From assembly GCA_030141605.1 (NCBI GenBank), contig JAQGDQ010000051.1, positions 704,628 to 768,627 on the forward strand: a DNA stretch of 64,000 nt, read 5' to 3'. Every line of letters starts with the position of its first letter. Positions within the stretch are counted from its first letter, which is position 1. The notes below the pieces were generated by a model. That model had not been told where the DNA came from. It saw only the letters and a program-made list of their open reading frames with translations, and ran no database searches. Source of the DNA: Tubiluchus corallicola (lineage: Eukaryota > Animalia > Priapulida). Positions 26,801 through 38,500 of the stretch are shown piece after piece. Made by a program: the position numbers and the translations under genes.

Positions 26801-27179
26801 AACATCTCTGCAAAATGGTGAGTGCAATAATTTCATGTATTCTAATTTACACAGAGGAACCTATGAATGAGTTTATATAGTCCTGACAAAATGGTGCAGT
26901 CTGTTTATTCTCTATAGAAAGTGACAGGTAATCTTCGGGACACAATGAGTTGCAGATATGGTGTGTTTTTTTTGGGGGGGGGGAGGGATATCATAGGTAC
27001 CACTGTTTTTAAATTACTAGATGAATGAGGAATATGTTCTATGTGTATTGTGGCATGCTATAGGTCACCATGGGGGGTAAATATGTCCAAATTATTAGCA
27101 CTAAATGTTAAAAATAGATCGCCTCCGCTAGCCGAATCAGAGATTTCAGCGTGCACGTCCTGTAGTATAGTAGTCCTTG
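23871..27179 (+). mobile_element. Full-length P-superfamily DNA transposon (3309 bp)
   Basis: 63-bp TIRs at 23871-23933 and 27117-27179 (one mismatch), CA...TG ends; perfect 8-bp TSD ATTTCCTG at 23863-23870 and 27180-27187. Confidence 0.97.
24261..26792 (+). pseudogene. Intronless THAP-domain P-element transposase, about 843 aa if repaired; 2 frameshifts and 1 stop
   Basis: THAP C2CH (MPNKCGVVKC...FRLP...W...ICEKHW); DEVKI, TDNH, DTVHILKCIRNNW, QSDRIESEF, YVAGW, SRGGL motifs; lesions at the C6 run 24378-24383, TAA 26392-26394 and about 26505. Confidence 0.93.
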
Positions 27180-27554
27180 ATTTCCTGGTATATTAATTCT
27201 GGAAGTCTGTTCCATAAATTTGCAGCAACTAAGTAATAAAAATTGATTTTAATAAAAAAGATGCAAAATCTTAGACTTCCAATAAAAATAAATGATCCTC
27301 AATCAATTTGTAGTAAAAAATAAAATGAAATGTGAACTTGATTTGTAAAAGAAAGATTCTGCTAATACTTATACTAATCAATAAGAGCACGAATCTATGC
27401 TTCCTTAATACTTAACTCATGAGTACAGATGATATGTTAAGCAGTGCTGATATGTAAACAATAATGCTATTACAAAAAGATAACACTGAATAGCTAAAAA
27501 TGCCTACACCAACTTGTACACTTCAGTAAATTGATAATAAAACAACAATAGTAC

Positions 27555-27636
27555 CTGGTGTAAGCGTAGAAAATCCTACATAGCACTCATCTGTTGAGTC
27601 ACAGCTTGCTTTTGGATCAAAATAAACTTTTCCAAC
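27555..27636 (-). CDS. TMEM131: TMEM131-family exon
   Basis: tcgtag|...|gtacta; VGKVYFDPKASCDSTDECYVGFSTLTP (YFDP...CYVG motif); phase 0 to 1. Confidence 0.9.
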
Positions 27637-27815
27637 CTACGATGTAAAAAAAACTACATAAACTAGTTGGCTATGGCTTCTGACAGCATTAGAAACTGAA
27701 AATGTTGCTAATTTTTCTTCTGACTTGGCTAATACAAGTCAAAGGTCAGAACACCGGTGTTATTTTCCCCTGCTGGATCCATTAGTTTAATAAACCTCTC
27801 TGCACAGAGAGAATT

Positions 27816-28471
27816 GTGTGCTTGCAAACCAAAACAATCCATAAGTCGGTATGGTTAAAACTACGTTATAATGCTTCAAAGTAGAATGCACCAAAAATAT
27901 GATCAAATGTTAATTTTTTGTTTTTTATGAAAACAAATGCTAAATATATTGGACTTTTATATTCTAGCATCAAATTATCAAGAAAATGTCCAAAAAATAT
28001 TTAAAATTTAATTTTATAACCTCGTACCCACTTTTCTGGCTAAAAACTAATACTGCAATTGTAAAAAACTTGTTATTTTTAAACTCCGATAGTAGCTTGT
28101 GGAAGCAGTAATTTTGCTTCGGGTTTTTTCTGATGCAAAACCTATACCTTAATCAGTAAGAGCCATCTACTGGATTTAAACATAACTTCAATGTGCTCTT
28201 GCAAAGTCCGTAGCAACCAACATTCGTGCGGTTGTTAAGTATTTTATTGAAATGCGACAAAAAACAATGGCTAACTTTAATAGTGATTTTTTCAAGATTA
28301 TGTTTTTCAATGTGTAGCCTGCACCTCAACTTCAACATGGATTATCTCAGCTTAGAAATAATATAGAGCGATGAGCATGGTATCAAAATGACCCCCATGA
28401 AATGGAGCATATGCGAATAACTAGAGAAGCTCAATTACCAAATTATGGACGATTTTGCTATGCAAGCACAC
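27816..28471 (+). mobile_element. Complete TIR MITE flanked by AATT (Sola1-like by TSD, tentative)
   Basis: About 29-bp imperfect TIRs GTGTGCTTGCAAACCAAAACAATCCATAA / TTATGGACGATTTTGCTATGCAAGCACAC; AATT on both sides. Confidence 0.75.
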
Positions 28472-30122
28472 AATTAATAATTTCATCAACCTTGGAATTG
28501 TACTTCAGGTCAACGAAATGTACTTTGACAATGAAATGAGCATAAAAGTTGTTTGAAGGTTGTAATATTACACTCTTCTTTAAAATCTCCGTGCTTAAAT
28601 ATCAAGGAATTGCATTTCATTTCAATGTCAAAATGTAATGAAATTTGATTTTGAAATGACCTTGATCTTTTGTCTCAAGCATGTAATGTATTTGACCTTG
28701 CTCAAAGGTTAATGTCGGACAAGTGTGCAATTCAATTTTTGTCTAATCTGCACATTTCGTATGATATACTACAAGCTATTGTTGTTTAATACTGAAAAAA
28801 TGTCTGTGCCCAACCCTCGTCCCGCTTTCTCACTTTTTAGCACCTAGTAAGAAATTCTCTTTTACACACGATAGATATTCAGCAGTGCAAAAGAACTTGA
28901 TTACACCTAGACAGACACTAAAAATTTGGCCCTAGCTCAAAAACTGCAGAAGGAAATAAAGCCTAATGAAAAAATATTGAGGACTAGCCCACTCAATGAC
29001 TTTTAACTCAGCATTTTCTGGTCACACATAAACATAACTCACCTTACCTGCTCAGAGTTTCATGTGCTAGCCCCAAGAATGTAAAAGATCACCAAAAGCG
29101 GCTAAAAATGTTTTTGTATTTTGACCTCTCCTCTCATCTATTTAAAGCTTTCCAGCTTTTTAAAACCCCGGGTTAACATTTACCCAACAATATCTTTTAT
29201 CTAAATACTTGTAAAAAATTGAATTTAACTGAAAACCTAGGAGTAATGTTATAATCGAAAAAATGACCACTGGCCTGTGGTCTTGGTCCTTTAACCCAAA
29301 GTTAACAGTCACTATCTATTATTTGAGCCCCTATACCAGGTATTTACTGTGCAGTTTCAGTGACTCTAGGTTTTGGTTTTGGAGTTACTCAGTGCCACAA
29401 AAAATAATGATAATAAAGTAGACTGTGCTGTTATACCTAGAGGCACAGAAAAAATGTACCAATGTTTAGGCTACAATAATATTAGAACCTAGTGCCCTAC
29501 GCCACTGAGATTCCAAAGCATGGTAATACGTTAGCAACATGTTAACTTTTGGCTGTGAAAGTTGCAATTTACAGTTATAGCAGTTTTTAAGTTATGGTTA
29601 TTTTAGCATGTTAAAAATTAAAATCATCAACTGAAAAACAGCCAGACCGACATATAAAGCACTTATTGTATGACAACTAAATAATAATAAAAAAATTAAT
29701 CAGTTTACATCATATAGTTTTCACTCTCCACACAAAAGATACAGAATGACAGTCTTCATACAAAAGTTTGAGAACTGCTAAAGATTTCTTATCAAAAAAA
29801 TGGAAGCTAATCCTCTGGAAGTGCAAATGCATGATGGCTGCACACAGCCGTTTGATTAAGAGGAACTAAAGGCAAATGTTTTTTGAGTGCTGGGACCAAA
29901 TATCCTTAGAAAAGTGAGAAACTGTATCAGATGTTGAAAGAAACACCCTCGTCTAGTGTACATTGAAAATTGTGGACACACGGAGCATGTGCTTTAAATT
30001 TTAACAATAGTGACATACAAAATTTTTCCGGCATTTATTTTTTATAACTTTGTGATCTAAAACTAATGCATCGTTGGAAAAATCCAAAGGAGTGACCTAC
30101 AAATTTTGGCAATTATAAATAG

Positions 30123-32442
30123 GTAGTGACTAAAGGTACGATCCATATCCAGATCGCAGCAACTAAAAATACGGATCCGTGTCTCGAAAGCTTTCACTAG
30201 AAAATATGGATCGATCCGTACCATGAAAGCTACGGTTCGCCCATTAGAGATGGACAGATATCACTTTCTTGTTTATCCGCAGCCACAAAATCTGCAACTG
30301 TAAATATCCGAATCCTTAAAATCCGCAGATTGAGTGAAATTGAATATACTCGTATCTGCAATAGCCGCAAAAATGTGGACAACAAATTAACTAGGCTTGG
30401 TATGTGTCCCCTATTGTTGAAAATGGTTTCTTAATGTGAAGCTAGGAGATATAATTGCGAATCAATAATAAATTGCTAGCCAGACCCCAATTTTGCTTGT
30501 AAACCTTCAACGACAACTCACACAGCACGATGTACATAGTACATCATTCAACCATATCATGGCCTTATATATATATATGTCATTAAAATGTTCACTCATA
30601 ATAAGATCGACTAAACCTCAGCGTAAAATTTGAGCAATCGCACCGAAAAAGTCCATCTGCTTTAAGACTAAATTTTGTTCTTTCATTAACTTTAATGTCT
30701 TATTCAACACTTAATCAAACAGTGTTTCCGATATTTTAACTAGATTTTTGGCCTTTTAAAAAATCCGCTGCCATACCACCACGCACGCATAAGATTCACA
30801 GCATAAATTTTAGCAACAGGTGCATGTAACAATTTAGCACCTCTTATAAATTTGACTTACTGTATATCACATAAAGACTAAAAAGTTTTGCTATGTTCGA
30901 CAAGTCAATAAATCACAACCCAAACTAAGGAAAAATACAGTTTAGTAGGTTATCACACTCACAACACTATAGAAAAAATACAGGTTAGTAGGTCATATTA
31001 CAACACTCTAAGAAATTCATAACACTTTAAGATTTAAAGTGCTGCTAACTGGCCTACTACACATCATTTTTTGTAACCATAAACAAAATAAATTGAACAA
31101 GCTATTAATTGGTAGCTTATGCAACACAAAACACTTCTACCAAAACACCGGTTGTTGCATAAAAATGCAAGAGGGTAACATGGAATATTTTACCATCGAA
31201 ACTGGAGTAAGGCAGGGCTGCATTATGTCACCATTCCTGTTCCTATTGGCGACTGATTTCATCATGAACAAAGCAGTTGATGGAAAAGACCTGGGAATTC
31301 AGTGGCAACAACAACAGCAACAACAACGATTGGCAGGCCAGGACTTTGCTGATGAAATAGCACTTCTGGAAACATCAAAAGAAGGCCTGAAGCAATTGAC
31401 CACAAGTCTGGCAGAAGTAGTGGGAAAAATTGGACTGAGAATAAGTCATGAAAAGACCAAAGTTTTGACAGTGTGGACAAACCAGCAAAATGATGCGCAA
31501 ATAACAGTGGGAGGTCAACTGATTAAGAACGTTGCCAGCTTTTCATATCATGGCAGTGTGATGAGTTGTGATGGAGGTGCAGAAAGCGACGCCAGGGTGA
31601 GAATTGGCAAAGCAGCAGCAGTATTTAGGAAGATGGGAAAATCTAGGCAAGCAAGAAAATTGACCTGAAAATCAAGCTTCGTTTGTACAACACCATTGAG
31701 CTGCCAATGGCTCTTTATGCCAGCAAAACCTGGAAAGTCGCAGCGGCGATATCAAAGAAACTGGATGTCTTCCACCAAAAATGTCTTCGGAAAATCCTAA
31801 AAATATCCTATCATGACCATGTTACCAATGTGGAAGTCCTACAGCAGGTGCAGTCAAGGCGGTTGCAGGAAATAGTCGCAGAGAGAAGACTGAGACTGGC
31901 TGGACATATTCTCCGCCTACCAGAACAACTCCACTCCAAAATAGCGCTATGCTGGGAACCACAGGGTGGAAAAGGGAAAAGAGGTCGGCCAAAAACAACG
32001 TGGCACAGATCTTTCAAACAAGACCTTCGGGCTATGAACAGACGTTGAGAGAACATCGAGAGAGAAGCCGCCGATAGAACCCAGTGGAAAATGCTGTCTG
32101 CCCAATGTGCATCCGTGCACGGGAAGGACTAAGGTCTAAGGTAAGGTAATGCAACACACAGCCTCTAACAATTTGCAAGACAATTTGCAAGGAGACTAAC
32201 TAATATTTACAATGTAACTATTATATCACGAAGAAAAAAGGTACGGGTCCAGGCTGTATAATGGCATATCACCATTTTCATGAAGTGGGAATGTACTTTT
32301 CAATGATGTGCAGGGCACATGGTCAAACGCCGTATGTCGTAAAAATGGTCAAAATCCGTATCATTTGTAAATGTCACAAAAAGCACGGATCCGTATTTGT
32401 TGCAAAAACAGCTACGTATACGGATCCGTATTCAGTATCATA
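30123..32442. mobile_element. Possible decayed hAT-like MITE (ACGGATCCGT repeats at both ends) hosting the RTE insertion
   Basis: ACGGATCCGT palindromes at about 30171, 32386 and 32420; ATCCG-rich segment 30246-30370. Confidence 0.35.
31129..32148 (+). mobile_element. 5'-truncated RTE-clade LINE
   Basis: TGVRQGCIMSPFLF, DFADEIALL, RRLRLAGHILR, KRGRPKTTW; (TAAGG)-type tail; 10-bp TSD ATGCAACACA at 31119-31128 and 32149-32158. Confidence 0.92.
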
Positions 32443-32888
32443 GAAAAGGCATAACTGTATGCAATATATGTGTGTGGTAATTTTCAAGCAATTCCTTTAT
32501 TTCCTTCTTACACTATCGTAATTAATACTGCTGCACATTTTTTGCACCACCTGATATATGAAGAAGTTATAAACTTAAGGATGCTGCAAAACGACTAGTA
32601 CTGCAACTAGAATGGTAACACGAGTGCAGCATTGCTTTAAGCTGTATAGCGCTTGTACCGAAGCTAGAAAATGTTTTCAAACCTCTATTTTTTGTCTCAA
32701 GGTCGTAACTTTGCGTTTACCAAATTCACAACAATACTTGGTTACTTAGGAATTACAATTCAGATCAATGAAAGCTGTTATGCTAAAACCTGACTTGAAA
32801 AATTGTTTTAAAGCTCATAATGCTGCTTTCGTTGAATTTGTCTGCTTTACTACGTCGGAATCGTATCATAATTCAATGAAGTCGGAAC

Positions 32889-33541
32889 GGTTTAGGTACA
32901 TTTCCCAGAAAAAAGCATTTCCTAGAAAAGACAACTTTCTAGAACACATTTGCCAGAGAACTTTTTCCCCAGAAAACATTTGTCTTAGAAAATTTGTTTC
33001 ACAGAAAAATTGCGGTTGCATTTTTAGTTGCAAGATTTGCTATTTTCATAGAAGAAAGCCTTTGTTTTTTTCTGTTTGCCTCTCCCTCGTCCCTCCTTAC
33101 CCCCTCTCATCCTTTCCCTCTCTCCTGTCCCTCTCTCTCTCCCTCCCTCCTCTCTCTCTCTCTCTCTCTCACTCTTTCTCAATTGTCAATATCCTTCTTC
33201 CTCTCTATTTCTACTCCTAATACTCCTAATTAATTTACTGCACTTTAACTAAGAGGATTATCAGAATCATTGAAAATAATGCAATGTATTGTACTCAGAC
33301 AGAATGTGCAATATTTTTAGCGCACTTAACTTATGTTGATATTTTTCCCTTGCATCGCAACTCATTTGTTTTCAATGATTTACAGTCACAATCACATGCA
33401 TGTACATCCTCCCTAAATAATTCGATATAGCAGTGAAATGGCAGTTCTGGAAAAAAATTCTGGGAAATGGCTGTTCTGGGAATTTTTTCTGGGAAATTAA
33501 TTTTTCTGGCAAAAAACTTTTCTGGGAAACAAGTCTACCCC
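32889..33541. mobile_element. Foldback-type (MULE-like) non-autonomous element
   Basis: Arms made of TTTCCCAGAA repeats inverted to TTCTGGGAAA; G...C termini; 9-bp TSD agtcggaac/agtcggaaa; internal (TC)n. Confidence 0.7.
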
Positions 33542-34337
33542 AGTCGGAAACTGGTCATTTTTGAGCAGTGAACACTAGGTCAGGAGTCAACCAATCTCGG
33601 GACAACCTATACCACTCAATTCACCTTGCTGACCTTTCATTTGATGCACTACAAGCTACTGTTGCTCAACACGGAAAAAATGTTTATGCCCAATCCACAC
33701 ATTTTTGGATTTTTGGCCCATAGCAAAAAATTTTTGCCTATCCAAATGACCCATAATTAGCAGTGTACAAGAACTGTACACCACCTACTGAGGTCTAACT
33801 CAAAAACTGTAAGAGGAGATAGATAAACCTCGTACAGAAAAACTGATCCATGTCTTTTGATCACCATTCACTTTTCCATTATCAAAGCTCTTATCCCAGG
33901 TGTATATTCTACATTTTTGTGACTCTTGTAGTTGTTTATAGGTATTTATAGCCATTTATAGGTATACTAACATGTTTTAATGAGATGCTAAACATGTCAA
34001 CAGTTATTAATAATACCTGTTTGTATAACAAGAAAATTGTGCAGTGTATGGCAAAATCTTAATAATAACTGTACGAGACCCAAGAAAGACTCAAGGCACA
34101 ATCTTTGTAACAACGAATTGAGAATCAATCAATTTGAGAATCAACTGACAAATAAGAATTAATGTGACACTTACTTTACAAATAAAAAATCCATGTTTAG
34201 AGAGTGAATAAAGGAGTAACAACAACTGTCAACTTAAAAGTAAAGGCTGTAGATTACTTTTGCTTTGTTAAATTGACAAACAGTGAAAACATCAGTGTAT
34301 CTATTATATTAATTTCGCTGGTATCTTAATATATATA

Positions 34338-34807
34338 CTAGCAAAGGCCCCGCAAAAGATTTTGCGTATAAATACACGTGTAATCAATAATACGCGAAAA
34401 TCCTACCAAGTCCTCATTTATAACACAAAGCCTGTAACATCCTGCCTACTTGCCTAACGCAAAGCCTGTAGCAGCACTTACTCCTGCCTACTGTATGTTT
34501 AACTAATGCAAAGCAGCTTTTTGCTGAATTAAAGTTATAGACAGAGTACAATGGATGACGTCAGCACAATGGAATGCGTCAGCAGTTTTCTAAGCGAAAA
34601 TTGCCGAAAATAGAACATGTAATTAACTCGTTGATACTCCTCTCGGTGGACCTGTCCTAAAATATAACCTACATCATCGTGTAGCCCCGTCCTTAAGCTT
34701 TCTGATGAGCCGTATATCTCCTTCCGAGAGTCCCACCAGGCGCCGCTAGAACGTTTTTTCCGCAGGCTGTTTGGTCAAAATTTCGAAAAAATCGTGAGTT
34801 GGGTCCG
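34338..34807 (-). mobile_element. Inverted 3' half of the Helitron body inside unit 1
   Basis: CTAGCAAAGGCCCCGCAAAAGATTTTGCG is the reverse complement of the intact terminator. Confidence 0.85.
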
Positions 34808-35515
34808 AGGAGTGGTATGGTGTGGTGCAGTGTGGTATGATGTGGTGGAGTGGTATGGTGTGGGTGGTGTGGTGTGTAGGTGGTATGGTGTGGTGCGGTA
34901 CGGTGTGGTGGTATTGTGTGGTGCGATGAGGTGGAGCGGTATGGTGTGGTGCAGTGTGGTGTGATGTGGTGGAGTGGTATGGTGTGGGTGGTGTGTAGGT
35001 GGTATGGTGTGGTGCGGTGTGGTGGTATTGTGTGGTGCAGTGTGGTGCGATGAGGTGGAGTGGTATGGTGTGGTGCAGTGCGGTGTGATGTGGTGGAGTA
35101 TTATGGTGTGGGTGGTGTGGTGTGGTGTATGGGTGGTGCGGTGTGGTGTGGTGGAGTCGTATGGTGTGGGTGGTGTGGTGTGGTGTGTGGGTGGTGCAGT
35201 GTGCTGCAGTGGTATGGTGTGGTGCAGTGTGGTGTGATGTGGTGGAGTGGTATGGTGTGTAGGTGGGTGGGTGGTGTGGTGTTATGGTGTGGTGCTGTGT
35301 GGTGTGATGTGGTGGAGTATTATGGTGTGTGTGGTGTGGTGTGTGGGTGGTGCAGTGGTATGGCGTGGTGCAGTGTGGTGTGATGTGGTGGAGTGGTATG
35401 GTGTGGGTGGTGTGGTGCGGTGCGGTGTGGTGGTATTGTGTGGTGCGATGAGGTGGAGTGGTATGGTGTGGTGCAGTGTGGTGTGATGAGGTGGAGTGGT
35501 GTGGTGTGGGTTGTG
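34808..35515. repeat. (GTG/GGTGT)n-derived GT-rich minisatellite; also about 36515-36955, 37975-38420, 39440-40025
   Basis: Direct inspection. Confidence 0.95.
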
Positions 35516-38500
35516 TGTTGATTTGTGCACAAAATTCTTTTTGTGGGGTTTGGCTAGTTATATTAATATTCTTGGTATCTTAATATATATATATATATAT
35601 ATAGATTCGAGGCTACAGCTTCGACGAGGGCACCATTTGCGGCGATCTATATATCAAACGAAAGGTCTCGATCTAGTGTCGTGCCATTGTTGGTTTATTT
35701 TTCGAATCGGGCCCACCGGGAGGAACGGGGGGGGGTCGAAAAACCTCCAAAAATGGCCATTTTTCGGCCATTTTTTGCAAAAGTTATACGGCTGAGATGT
35801 AGAGAACGGGAATGGGCCGAGGGTGGTGCTGGCTATGGATAGATAGCCCGTTCAGCGGTGGGTGTAGTAGGCATATTTAGAATTCCCGAGAGGGCCATGG
35901 GGTCCAGTAATGGGCGTTTTCCCGGACCCAACTCGTGATTTTTACGAAATTTTGACCAAACAGCCTGCGGGAAAAACGTTCTAGCGGCGCCAGGTGGTAC
36001 TCTCGGAAGAAGATATGGGACTCTTTACAAAGAGGAAGGACAGGGCTACACAATGATGTGGGCTATATGTAACGGCAGGTCCACCGAGAGGAGTACTAGC
36101 GAGTTAATTAGATGTTCTATTTTCCGCAATTTTCGCTTAGAAAACTGTTGACGCAAAGGCATTGTTGTGACGTCATCCATTGTACTCTACTCTGCTTATA
36201 ACTTTAATTCAGCAAAAAGCTACAGGCTTTGCGTTAGTTAAACAAACAGTAGGCATGATGTTACGGGATTTGCGTTATACATGAGGACTAGGTAGGATGT
36301 TCGCATGTTATTGATTACACGTGGTTTTTTACGCAAAATCTTTTGCGGGGCCTTTGCTATTTATTATATTATAGCACATAGTTTCAACTTTGTGAAAAAT
36401 GTTTGGAATGGTTTTGTTGTAATGCTGTGCTGTTGGTGCTTGTGCTATAGGTGTCGTCATCGTTGCCACCATCATCATCATCAACATCATGATCACCACG
36501 TGAGGTAGTGGATTTGATGTGGTGTGGTGTGCTTTGTGTGTTGTGCTATGGATGGTGTGGTGGGGTGATAGGTGTGTGGGGTGTGGTGTGGGTAGTGTGG
36601 TATGGAGTGGGTGGTGTGGTGTGTGGGTGGGTGTTGTGGTGCAGTGCGGTGTTATGGTGTGGTGGAGTGTGGTGTGGTGTGGTATGGTGTGGTGCAGTGT
36701 GGTGTGATGTGGTGGAGTCGTATGGTGTGGTGTGGTGTGCTGCAGTGGTATGGTGTGGTGCAGTGTGATGTGGTGGAGTGGTATGGTGTGGGTGGTGTGG
36801 TGTGTAGGTGGGTGAGTGGTGTGGTGCAGTGTGGTGTTAGGGTATGGTGTGGGTGGTGTGGTGGTATTGTGTGGTGCAGTGTGGTGCGATGAGGTGGAGT
36901 GGTATGGTGTGGTGCAGTGTGGTGTGATGAGGTGGAGTGGTGTGGTGTGGGTTGTGTGTTGATTTGTGCACAAAATTCTTTTTGTGGGGTTTGGCTAGTC
37001 TATTATATTAATATTCTTGGTATCTTAATATATTTATTTATATATAAGATTCGAGGCTACAGCCCGGACGAGGGCACCATTTGCGGCGATCTATATATCA
37101 AACGAAAGGTCTCGATCTAGTGTCGTGCCATTGATGGTTTATTTTTCGAATCGGGCCCACCGGGAGGAACGGGGGGGGGTCGAAAAACCTCCAAAAATGG
37201 CCATTTTTCGGCCATTTTTTGCAAAAGTTATACGGCTGAGATGTAGAGAACGGGAATGGACTGAGGGTGGTGCTGGCTATGGATAGATAGCCCGTTCAGC
37301 GGTGGGTGTAGTAGGCATATTTAGAATTCCCGAGAGGGCCATGGGGTCCCGTAATGGGCGTTTTCCCGGACCCAACTCGTGATTTTTACGAAATTTTGAC
37401 CAAACAGCCTGCGGGAAAAACGTTCTAGCGGCGCCAGGTGGTACTCTCGGAAGAAGATATGGGACTCATCAGAAAGAGGAAGGACAGGGCTACACGATGA
37501 TGTGGGCTATATGTTAGGGCAGGTCCACCGAGAGGAGTATCAACGAGTTAATTAGGTGTTCTATTTTCGGCAATTTTCGCTTAGAAAACTGCTGACGCAA
37601 AGCCATTGTAGTGACGTCATCCATTACTGCTTATAGCTTTAATTCAGCAAAAAGCTGCTTTGCGTTAGATAAACAGACATACAGTAGCTGCCTGCTGGCT
37701 TTGCGTTAGGTAAGTAGGCAGGATGTTATGGGCTTTGTGTTATAAATGAGGACTGTGTAGGATGTTCGCGTATTATTGATTACACGTGTATTTATACGCA
37801 AAATCTTTTGCGTGGCCTTTGCTATTTATTATATTATAGCACATAGTTTCAACTTTGTGAAAAATGTTTGGAATGGTTTTGTTGTAATGCTGTGCTGTTG
37901 GTGCTTGTGCTATAGGTGTCGTCATCATTGCCACCATCATCATCATCATCATCAACATCATGATCACCACGTGAGGTGGTGGATTTGATGTGGTGTGGTG
38001 GTGGTGTGCTTTGTGTGTTGTGCTATGGATGGTGTGGTGTGGTGTGGGTAGTGTGGTATGGAGTGGGTGGCGTGGTGTGTGGGTGTTGTGGTGCAGTGCG
38101 GTGTGATGTGATGTGGTGGAGTATTATGGTGTGGTGTGGTGCAGTGGTATGGTGTGGTGCAGTGTGGTGTGATGTGGTGGAGTCGTATGGTGTGGTGTGG
38201 TGTGCTGCAGTGGTATGGTGTGGTGCAGTGTGATGTGGTGGAGTGGTATGGTGTGGGTGGTGTGGTGTGTAGGTGGGTGAGTGGTGTGGTGCAGTGTGGT
38301 GTTAGGGTATGGTGTGGGTGGTGTGGTGGTATTGTGTGGTGCAGTGTGGTGCGATGAGGTGGAGTGGTATGGTGTGGTGCAGTGTGGTGTGATGAGGTGG
38401 AGTGGTGTGGTGTGGGTTGTGTGTTGATTTGTGCACAAAATTCTTTTTGTGGGGTTTGGCTAGTCTATTATATTAATATTCTTGGTATCTTAATATATTT

